From Psammoneis japonica (lineage: Eukaryota): DNA of 20,000 nucleotides. Below, piece by piece: positions 10,111 through 18,946 of the stretch (position 1 is its first letter; the number at the start of each line of letters is the position of its first letter). Location of the stretch: positions 183,249-203,248 of the forward strand of contig QPGO01000152.1 of NCBI GenBank assembly GCA_008632985.1. The letters are read 5' to 3'. Under the pieces are notes generated by a model. That model was given only the letters and a program-made list of their open reading frames with translations, was not told the DNA's origin and made no database searches. The position numbers and the translations under genes were made by a program.

Positions 10111-11089
10111 ATGCCGCCAAGGCCAAGCGTACCAGTGTCTCATTCTCCAGGCTCTCGGCCCATGCAGCGAAACAGTTCTGCAGCGTCTGCGAACGGCGGT
10201 GGTGCAAACACAAACAAGACGAGCATCCGAAAGAAATCACAAAATGTCAAGGCATCCCTAGACGATTCCGCTACACGTTCCAAGTTTCAAAATGACAGTG
10301 GCACTTCAGTGCCCCAGTCTGAAACTGATAATTTAAACAGCGCCGCAATGGCAAACAGCAGCATGTTGGGCGCAACAGGGACGACCGGCATGTTCAGCGG
10401 TGGGATGATGATGGGATCTCCGTACGCTTCTCCATATGGATATGGAGGCATGATGCCTGGTGGGATGATGCCCGATATGGCCTTTTCTGGTTTGAATCGG
10501 TTTCTATTTGGTGTTCAGAGCGTCATTTTCTCACTGGGTCAAGCAGTTCAGGTGTGCGCGTGCTTGATCTATTTGTTCTTCGTTTTCTAGTTTGTTCTAG
10601 TTTCTTATGAATACATCGCCTCTTTTTTTTTTTAAGATAATGGGGATGAATACCCAGGCGCTACGTCAGCTACTAGACACAGCGAGTGCAATGTTTGATC
10701 ATGCGTTGGCAGCTTGGAAAGAAATGAGAGCGTTGGAAGTTGCCGCACATGCCTCCGAGTCGGAAGAAGACAAGAAGAAGAGAAGGCGACTGAAGACTCT
10801 GCGCTGGACCATGATGGTTGGTCTTTCTTATGCTCTCTACAAATTGATTCGTCGAGTACTTTTTCCCGCTAGGCGAAGGATGGGTGCTTTGGGGAATGGG
10901 TCGCATCACCTTCCGCTAGGTTATGATGGCAGTCGTATGCTTCATGGGGAAACAGCCGGTTATGGGAGCGGTGGCTACGGTAGCTATGGTAGCTCTCACA
11001 TGTTTCCATCCTATGGGGGAGGTGGAGGATATGCTTACAACAGTAGCCCGTATGGTCCAGGTAGTGGATCTTACCCCGGTTACTATTGA
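10111..11089 (+). CDS. PEX13: Peroxin-13-like peroxisomal membrane protein (SH3-less type), about 297 aa; exons 10111-10551 and 10637-11089
   Basis: An 85-nt intron (10552-10636, GTGTGC...polyT-AAG) joins two ORFs in phase 0. G/M/Y-rich segment followed by FLFGVQSVIFSLGQAVQIMGMNTQALRQLLDTASAMFDH, resembling the plant-type PEX13 core (…LIDQNTQAFH…), then a basic patch, a TM helix (LRWTMMVGLSYALYKLIRRVL) and a YG-rich tail. An alternative in-frame acceptor exists at 10600. Confidence 0.65.
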
Positions 11090-11607
11090 ATTACAAATTG
11101 TGTGGTATTTTACTGCGACAGCTCTAGAGGGAATGTTCCAGTCACGCGGTCTGTCACCAAGAATTTCAGAAGCATATATCGGGAGCAAGTTACTGAGAAC
11201 AGTCGTATCGAGGATCCTAGATCGTTCATGGAAGTCTGGCTGATATGACAACAAAACCCGCCGCAAGGGCATGTTCCGCTTTGATGACATTGTCAATCCA
11301 GTGGCTAAATCTACGACTAATTTCTTCGTTAAATCCGTCTAGCATTCCTCCTAATAGAATATTTTTCACTTTTTCTTAATGGGTCTTCTACGTTGCAATG
11401 CCAGTCTTGAGTTGTGATACATACACCCCCTGTACACGGCAGTCTGGCCATGTCTTCCGCCTTGGGACTATCGGGACGCACAAAAATAGAAGTACCTACC
11501 ATAGAGCGGCGGAAACGTCTATGGTACATAGTGGAGAAAAAGACTAGAAATCACAAAAGTCTCCTCGTTATGTCTATTCTGTTTCTCTTTTTTCTATTTT
11601 CTCCGAC

Positions 11608-13686
11608 TTAGAGGAAGGTCTCGTTGGCCGCTTCCACGACAGGAGGGGCGACGCGCGACTTGCCTGAAGCACTGCCACTTTCGTCCTTAGTAGTATCGTT
11701 CGACGCCTGGTGGACAAACACGTCTTGTTCCGCGCCTTGTTGGTTCTTCGCGTGATGCGAAGCCAGCTTGTAGATCATCTCGACGAGGCCGGAACGATAT
11801 TTCTCTGACCCGCCCGTCACATCATCAACTGCACGGAACAGAGAGATGGGTAACGTCAGCAAGATCAACGCAATAACAGATACGTCGTATGCTACGGCGG
11901 GCGAATAAAAAAACACGAGACTTACGGCTAAGCCTACTTGGACCACCTCCAACTTTGCCTCCATTGGCCACTTCGTAGAAATAAGATGGAAAAACTCAGG
12001 CTTGAATTCCACATTCTCGCTAATGAATTCTTCGATCCTACGATAGAATGATTTGAAGGAAGGAGGGAAACGCGTTTTGGCCTTAGCCCACTCTTCTGAG
12101 CTGACAAACTTGGGATGTTCTCGCTTTCTTTTCTTCCCGCTCTCTGATCTAGGATTCGAAACCGATTCCTTGTTGTCCTGCTGCTTGGGTTTCTCAGCCA
12201 CAGCTTGTTCCTTCGCAGCCTTCGCGGTTTCGATTGCTGCTTCTTGTCTCGCCTTGGCCATACTGCGAAGCTCAACAGCCACGGGATGATCCACAACCCT
12301 GTAGAACAGCATGTAGGCTTCGGCGCTCTTGACTTCTTGGTAGGAGGCTCGGGTAACACGTGCATCGTCCATCTTCCACCAATCGTTCTTCTTGCCGACA
12401 TTTCTCACATAGGAGATGTAATGGCCAGAATGGCTGTTCTTGCCAGCATGTACCACTACCGCAAAGAGACGGCACAAGATGGGCTTGCTCTTCTTCTGAA
12501 GCTCTTCCGTTAGGTAAGGACGAATGTCAAGGATCTCATCAAACTTGATATGGCCCTCAATCTTGGCAGATCCGGAGCCTCCATAATATTCGGCAGTGTT
12601 GCTACCGAGAAGTTGGCTAAGCTCGGATCGTCCAGTGCGACGTGTTGGGGGCTGGGAACCCCCACCTGCACCGCCCTTGTCTGACGAACCATATCGAAAA
12701 CGCTTGAGGTGAAGCGTCAAGATGGGAGGGATCGAGGCGAGTCGACTCTGCTTGGTAGCGCGACCCACCTTACCACACTTATCGCACTTGTAACCCGAAT
12801 CAAGAGACTCGGCTTTAGCAAAGCGTTGAAAGGCTTGCGACACATCCGCCAACGCCGAGGAGGGAGGAGGAGTCGAGGAGCGGGATGTCCTTACGTCACT
12901 TGATAGCGGAGTCACTTCAAGTCCAATGTCTTCAATCGGATCGATCTTGGAGCTGGATGTCTTGCAGGAACCACAGGTGACAGTTGATTTCACTGTACCT
13001 CTGAACAGCTTGAAAGGATATTCGTTTTCTACTTCGTTTTCCTTCTGATCTTCGTCTTGAGTGGAGTTCTGCGAGCTGTCCTTGTCGTTACTTCTCGCAC
13101 CAGCACAGCTCTTCTGCATAGCGTCAATCAACAGGCGAAGGAACTCGTGGGAATCTTCTTGGACCCCAAGTTTGAACCATGGCGCTACTTGAGATACGAA
13201 ACCATGAACAAAAGCGTGCGGAGCAATAGCATCTGCCTCTGGTTTCGATGCTGCTGTTGAGGCCGTGTTGACTGCAGGGTCGTGTACGCGTGCAAGATGC
13301 TGTTCCACTTCACACAGGGCACAAAACTGCAGATCTAAACCATCTTCACCATCACTACTGGCAGGACTCTTCCTTCCCGACCTTCGTGATTTACGAGTAC
13401 CCCCACTGGCTGCTTTCTTTTCTGGTGCTGTAACTGTGTTTCCTTCAGGACTCGGCTGCGGAGAAGCTCTGCTCTTCTTCTCCGCATTCTCCTTTGCAAT
13501 CGGACACGTGATATGATGAGGTTCATAATCCATCGCCATACACAATTCTGGAGCATGAGCCAGAGCTTGCAACACAGCATTCATGTAGCAAGTGCTTCCC
13601 AAATTGGTCATTCCCAATGCAACCTCTCGCTTTACCTCCGTTGGAGGCACGAATGCTGCAGACAACGACTCCTGCACTTGCACCAT
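11608..13686 (-). CDS. Ubiquitin carboxyl-terminal hydrolase (USP/peptidase C19, USP36/42-like); probable intron 11829-11925 and probable 1-nt indel just upstream of it
   Basis: Cys box GMTNLGSTCYMNAVLQAL, QEDSHEFL, LTLHLKRF, His box HAGKNSHSGHYISYV, WWKMDDARV, AYMLFY. The first ATG is at 13686; the ORF-track start at 13845 is a TTG. Confidence 0.92.
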   Translation of the reverse strand: MVQVQESLSAAFVPPTEVKREVALGMTNLGSTCYMNAVLQALAHAPELCMAMDYEPHHITCPIAKENAEKKSRASPQPSPEGNTVTAPEKKAASGGTRKSRRSGRKSPASSDGEDGLDLQFCALCEVEQHLARVHDPAVNTASTAASKPEADAIAPHAFVHGFVSQVAPWFKLGVQEDSHEFLRLLIDAMQKSCAGARSNDKDSSQNSTQDEDQKENEVENEYPFKLFRGTVKSTVTCGSCKTSSSKIDPIEDIGLEVTPLSSDVRTSRSSTPPPSSALADVSQAFQRFAKAESLDSGYKCDKCGKVGRATKQSRLASIPPILTLHLKRFRYGSSDKGGAGGGSQPPTRRTGRSELSQLLGSNTAEYYGGSGSAKIEGHIKFDEILDIRPYLTEELQKKSKPILCRLFAVVVHAGKNSHSGHYISYVRNVGKKNDWWKMDDARVTRASYQEVKSAEAYMLFYRVVDHPVAVELRSMAKARQEAAIETAKAAKEQAVAEKPKQQDNKESVSNPRSESGKKRKREHPKFVSSEEWAKAKTRFPPSFKSFYRRIEEFISENVEFKPEFFHLISTKWPMEAKLEVVQVGLAVSLVFFYSPAVAYDVSVIALILLTLPISLFRAVDDVTGGSEKYRSGLVEMIYKLASHHAKNQQGAEQDVFVHQASNDTTKDESGSASGKSRVAPPVVEAANETFL

Positions 13687-14380
13687 GATTTCCGACCTAG
13701 TCCTTCTCAGGACTTGCCTAGGAGGTGTAAGAAGCCTCGACAAGGGCCCCACGAACGAGAATCTCGACTGAGAACGACGGTTGCTGTCTAATGTGCATGC
13801 TTCTGAGCACACACTCACTCCTTGTTCCTGTTTCGATCGTTGCAAGCCGCTGTGGACGTGTGGAAGTGCGCAACGAACGCTTCGGTCGATCGTCGATTCT
13901 TGGCCTCTTTGGGCCTGTCCTACGTGGTTTGACTACCGAAGGCTACGTGGTGCCGTCGGATGGAGAAATTGGGCGCGGCCGGCAGTCCGATAAATAATGA
14001 CAGAAGGAAGACTTAAAGGCTCTGTTGGTATTACCCATACAGATACGTACAAAGTTAAACATTTTAATCCTCCTGTCTTAGGATAAATTCTTTCTCTTAG
14101 CCTTAAGTGACATAACGTCATATTCAACCGTCAACTGAAAATTCGCCGGCAGGCAAAAAAGTGAAAGTGGAGGACGACGGACTGGCAAGCAAGGTTCCGT
14201 CGAATTCTTGCGTTGATCCCTAAACGGTACTACTAGGGCCCTACTACTGCAATGTAAAGTCTATCTCTCTCTAGCTAGAGCAAGAATATGTATCACTAGA
14301 GACCTACACGCTAGACTTATCCTATAGGCCACTCCTCTCCCTCCGCCAGAGCTAGCCAGCGTCCTTCGTTGTGTAACAAG

Positions 14381-15567
14381 TCAGCTACTACAGTGGGCGG
14401 GGTCGGCGCTAGCAGCGTTCTCCACATTTTCAACCTTCGCGCCAAATTCTTCAACGTCCTTAAAGAATTTACTCGTCTCAACAATCTGTCCTTGCATTGA
14501 GAGGCCTACTTTGTGTATGGAACCGTCCAGCAATTGAACAATACACGCGGCCGCAGGAATGGCCGTCAACATGTAGGCATCTTCGTGAGACACAGTCATG
14601 CTATGAAGAACAGGTCTCCCACCCTTATTCCCGCGAGCATCCAGCTTCAGCATTGTTCCATAAGGAGGCGCTGAGAAGGTTGTCACTCCCCAATGAAACA
14701 TTTTTGCTATTCGACGTCTCCCTGCATTTGGAAACAATGAAATCCAAGCCCAAATAAGTGGTGACAGGACCCAGTCCACGAACCAGTTGAAACCTCCACA
14801 AAGAATCCAGTTTCTTTGAGTGAAGGATAAAGGGTCGGTAGCAATCGTAACTCTTCTAGAAACATTGGTATGCATTGCCGACGTCCAAACCTTTCGCCGA
14901 AATCGATTGTTTTTGGATTCATCATTCCCCACGCGCCAGGGTCTTTCCATTCACCGTCCTTGTAATATTCGCATTGAAAATCTTTGAACTCGTCAATAAA
15001 TTCCAACAAAGTTGAATCAGTTAGGTCTAGACTCGCCCAGTCGATGGCTATTACTGACCCAATGTTGGCAACTTCCAAGGAATCCAGCTTTGTTGCGACT
15101 TGACGAACCATTGCGGAAGGCAGACCTGGATGAAAGCCGCCCTCCGTCACAAAGCAAAGTCCAGCCTCCTTAATTTCATCTTCCATGGATTGGAGGATAC
15201 GCAGTTTGGATGTTGAATACTGCAAATCAAAATAATCGACCTTGTGCTCTATTGCTGTAGATGCAACGAGCGAAACATACTGCGAAGTACTTGATGCCAC
15301 CACAACTAGGTCGCACCCTCGCACAGCCTCGGAAAGAGATGATTTTTCAGATGCATCAGCATAAATGCCCTGTACGCGACACATACCACCAGTCGAAGAA
15401 TTCAGCGAATCTGCCGCCTCTTTTGCCTTTTCAATGTGGCGCCCTGCAAGAACGAGAAGAACGTTGGGTAGAGCTTGTAGAAGCAGTCTTGCGAGTGGCA
15501 GTCCCGCGCTTCCATAGCCCCCAAGGATTAAGATTTTGGTCTTTTTGTCTGAGAGTGATGTGGCCAT
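14381..15567 (-). CDS. Saccharopine dehydrogenase-like NAD(P)-binding oxidoreductase, about 395 aa if repaired; split by a 1-nt frameshift at ~14797 (assembly error or pseudogene)
   Basis: Rossmann motif ILILGGYGSAG, LVLAGR, VDYFDL, EGGFHPGLPS. ORF 14707-15567 runs to LKETGFFV and ORF 14381-14950 continues GGFNWFVDWVLSP...DAYMLTAIPAAAC. One missing base in TTT GT(N) GGA GGT restores a single frame, and there is no room for an intron. Confidence 0.8.
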
Positions 15568-15826
15568 TGGTTTGCTTTACATAGCGATACAATCTTGGTA
15601 CCGTCAACGTCCCTGTTGTTTAAGTTGCTCAAGATAGTGTTGCGTTGCGGCGTAGTTGTCGTTGTTCGTTGTCAAAAACAAAAGAAATGAGAACTCAAAA
15701 TATGACGAAAGAGTTTACCGCCTAAATGGCATAAATTGGAATTCATCTGCGGTCGCGTCTCGCGTCGACGCCACACCATGACAGGAGAAATTGAAGCAAC
15801 TTCAGCACCGCCATTGACAATAAACA

Positions 15827-16786
15827 ATGTCGGACTCAAAGAAAAAGACGACCTCTAGGAGAGACTCATCGTCTTCTACTAGCAACACCATGTCAAAGAA
15901 TGAACTCTACACCCCTCTCATGGCCTATGATCAGGATGAGAAAACAACCGAACATCCTTCGCTGTACATGTCAAACAGAAAAAGTGGAGTGCCCAATTCA
16001 TTACGAGAATCGTCCCTGGTAGAGTTCTGGCAACGTGTGAGCATAGATTACCACCGAAATGCCACATACCATGATGCAACAAACAACAGTTCTCGACCGC
16101 TTTCGAAAAAGGACGTAGAGGACAGAATACGACAACGTGCGCTGACGCTTACTGGCGGAGGCTTCAGCACATCACTCGGCCAAGGAGGCAACAAGAAAAA
16201 GAAACGGGCCATAAAGTCTCAGAGACCTGCTGGAACAAAATCAAAGCGTCAAATGAAGAAAATTATAGTGGCATCACGAATCGAAAGTAAGTCCATGGAG
16301 AGTAATCATAGCACAAAAAGTGGAGCTTTCAAATCGCCTAGCTCCGAAAAAGGGAAGGTTTGGTCTACCGAAGTTCTTCAGAAGCTTAACAGAATGTGGA
16401 TAAAATATGCACAGTCGCTACTTCCTCCCCGCCCGGAAAGAGAACCATTCTCAATACAAGACTACAGCAAATCTCTTTCCAATGGCTCTTATTCACGCTC
16501 TATGGCAGCTGCGGAACTGGTGGGAGCCAAGGTCGAGGTGACAGGGTGTGCTGCGCATCCTTCTCTCGTGGGAAAGTCTGGCATTGTGGTGGAAACTCCG
16601 AAAACTTGTTGGAAAGTTGCCATTTTCAGAACTCAAGAGAAAATGGCAGCTTCTCAGTCATCCGTAACGAGCTGGAAGGTATGTATTGTTCCAAAGCTCA
16701 ACTCGAAACTTGCGATACGAGTCCCCCTTCCCGCTTGCACAGGTCATTCAGTTGTTGTGACCATTTACGGGTGCTCGACAGCATAG
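15827..16786 (+). CDS. POP4: RNase P/MRP protein subunit p29 (POP4/RPP29), 319 aa
   Basis: C-terminal pattern LQKLNRMWIKYAQSLL...AAELVGAKVEVTGCAAHPSLVGKSGIVVET...IVPKLNS matches the Rpp29 motifs (LxxLWxxY, ADLHGA, PSxVGxxGI, IPK). The N-terminus is basic. The gene is divergent from the oxidoreductase gene across 259 bp. Confidence 0.8.
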   Translation: MSDSKKKTTSRRDSSSSTSNTMSKNELYTPLMAYDQDEKTTEHPSLYMSNRKSGVPNSLRESSLVEFWQRVSIDYHRNATYHDATNNSSRPLSKKDVEDRIRQRALTLTGGGFSTSLGQGGNKKKKRAIKSQRPAGTKSKRQMKKIIVASRIESKSMESNHSTKSGAFKSPSSEKGKVWSTEVLQKLNRMWIKYAQSLLPPRPEREPFSIQDYSKSLSNGSYSRSMAAAELVGAKVEVTGCAAHPSLVGKSGIVVETPKTCWKVAIFRTQEKMAASQSSVTSWKVCIVPKLNSKLAIRVPLPACTGHSVVVTIYGCSTA

Positions 16787-17266
16787 ACAAATGGGTTGCG
16801 GAATGTTGATCAGGTTGTGCATGTTAGGATCACTTTTTCGCCAGCTAGCCCGCCTACGCTGATAATCCAGAGCTTTGACAGCGCCGCTTCCATAATGTGT
16901 ACCGTAGCATCACAGGATCCTGTGAATGAAGTTGAGAAGAAGAAGCAAATCTCAGCGATATTCGTGGTGTGATGAAAGCCTACCGCACTATCTACTCTGC
17001 AAAGACGAGAGACAACTACAGGTACGGCCCTAAACAAACGGTGTGGGTAGCACATCTATTCCAGAGCTGTTCCTCTAATACAATTTATTCGGAAAATCTG
17101 AAACTAGAACCCCTAGTAAATCAGCAATGCGTAACCCAAGTGAAAGAACAAGTAACAACCTCATTGCATTATAAGTCCCAAAGAGACTATCACTCGCCCC
17201 AAAATCACATCCCAATCACACTCGTGACCAACCAAGAGGACCACATCCAGATTGCTAGCATTTCAT

Positions 17267-17733
17267 TTATTCGTCAGCAAGAGGAGGGGCAAGGTAAAGG
17301 ATCAATGCCGCAAGACTGGCAATTCCGAAAACAGGGAAGAGGGCTCCACCGAAGTCAGAGGAAGTCGATGCGACAAGGTTTGCAGTAGAGGCAACACTGC
17401 TGATAACCTCAGTACCTTCGACCATCATCTGGGGTGCCTCAGTTCGGGTGAATGCCGGGGAAGAGACTGAAGAGAGAATCGATCAAACGAACAAAGAAGA
17501 TAACGTGAGTTCTGAATCCAGTACATCGCAACTTTGACCTGACGACATGGATTGCAGGTACAATGAGTGCCACGTCTGCAGTGGATGGGTTTGCCTCCGA
17601 CGATCATGCCTTGAGGTCGACCCATCTATGAACTCATTTGTTTTCCTCACTCACCAGCAGCACGGTTAGCCGGGGCAACAAAGGCCGAGGCGACAGCCAA
17701 GATCATGGCAAAGACGAAAACAACGCGAACCAT
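17267..17733 (-). CDS. Small nucleus-encoded plastid-targeted single-TM protein, 92 aa; exons 17733-17655 and 17466-17267
   Basis: A 188-nt phase-1 intron (17654-17467, GTGAGT...CTCTCTTCAG) gives MVRVVFVFAMILAVASAFVAPANRAAVSSPAFTRTEAPQMMVEGTEVISSVASTANLVASTSSDFGGALFPVFGIASLAALILYLAPPLADE*. It has a signal peptide, ASA-F cleavage motif, transit peptide and C-terminal hydrophobic helix. Absent from the ORF track. Confidence 0.85.
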
Positions 17734-17957
17734 TTTCCTTGATATATATCCAACAATCGAATGCAACAAGAGGATGTGTGTGGCAATGGATTCGAGAAAG
17801 CAACTTCATCTCGTGCGTCAAGCACTTCGGTGTCGCCAGTATTGTTTCGCTGTAGAATCTACGAGCGATGGTTTGCCGATCTTCGAGTGCAACTTCCGGG
17901 TGTCTTCGGTTCAAACGTCAGCGGTCAGAAACGCGACAAGGATAGATTGACAGACGG

Positions 17958-18013
17958 ACCCAACAATTGTGTCCGCCCGCCCTTCCGTCCTCAGGGGTCA
18001 ATAATTGTTGGGT
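17958..18013. repeat. 13-bp inverted repeat (1 mismatch, 30-nt spacer) at the border of the degenerate repeat region
   Basis: ACCCAACAATTGT (17958-17970) versus ATAATTGTTGGGT (18001-18013). Confidence 0.6.
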
Positions 18014-18068
18014 TGTTGCCATCGACTGGTCGTGTGAAAATGGCACCGTGGGGACGTCATCCAAGCTT

Positions 18069-18946
18069 TCAAAAAGTCTCTTTATGGAACAGGAATGGGG
18101 CGGCTCCAGGCATGGCCTTAGCCATGATTCTCTGCTGCACGTTGCGCTGCAGGCTCTTTGCGGTCTTTTTCCAAAATGGCGAACAAGCTGATCTGTTTGC
18201 ATCCTCTGGTTTGGCAACAGTGACACCCGGCATCATTTTCTCACACAAGTCTTCCCTTCCGGTGGGGCTTCCTTGGTTGTTGAGCTCCACATCATGGTCT
18301 GACATCAAACAACTGCCCTTGTTGTTGCTCTTGTGCTCCATGCACCATGCTGCAAAGTTGTTTTTCAGGAGCATGTGGGCAAATGCCTTGGCACATGATG
18401 TGCCCAACCTTGTGTTGTCAGAGAGGCTTTTCTTCCAATGGATGTCTCCCATGGCTGGTTGCAACAAGCAGTCACAGAACACTGTCTGCAACACTGGATT
18501 CCACAGTTGATCCTGGAGTTGTTCCGGTGAAGGCAAGATGCATTTGTTCTTGTGCAGCATGCACAAGCACTGTGTCATCAGCAACAACATGTTCCTGATG
18601 TCAGCTTGTCATCTCCTCATCCACGACAATCCTTGGCAACAGCACTCACTGTCAAATTTGCTTTGCTGGGCCTAACGTGCATTGGATCGCTTGCTTCATT
18701 GCTGGCCAATCCTGGCACAACCTGTTTTGTTTCATTTTCATCCACAGGAAATGCAGGCATGTTTTTTGCTCTGCTTCCAGCAGGTCCACTGGCATTCTGT
18801 TCATCAGCATCAGCCCACAATTCTGGGCATGGTCTCTGCACAGCATGCCAGTTTCCTCCAACTGTCTCACATCAAAGACAAACGTGACACTGAGAAGCAT
18901 CTTTTCTTTGACATGGTCTCTCACCTTGACTGTGTCTCTGCCCACC
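18069..18946 (-). pseudogene. Fossil ORF of an uncharacterised, probably repeat-associated protein, broken by stops/frameshifts and interrupted by the mini-LTR insertion
   Basis: Minus-strand segments GRDTVKVRDHVKEKMLLSVTFVFD...LCRDHAQNC...LHFLWMKM (18652-18946) and LPSPEQLQ...AKAFAHMLLKNNFAAWCMEHK (18069-18590) read like a globular protein with His/Cys where Tyr might be expected. The two segments are in different frames. Confidence 0.5.

Noticed and set aside
13687..13845. 53-aa N-terminal extension of the USP ORF
   Set aside because: It begins at a TTG. The first ATG is at 13686, so this is likely 5'UTR.
16810..17470. ORFs 16810-17055, 16969-17388 and 17252-17470
   Set aside because: No motifs. 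They lie in the convergent 3' region or antisense to the spliced plastid-protein gene.
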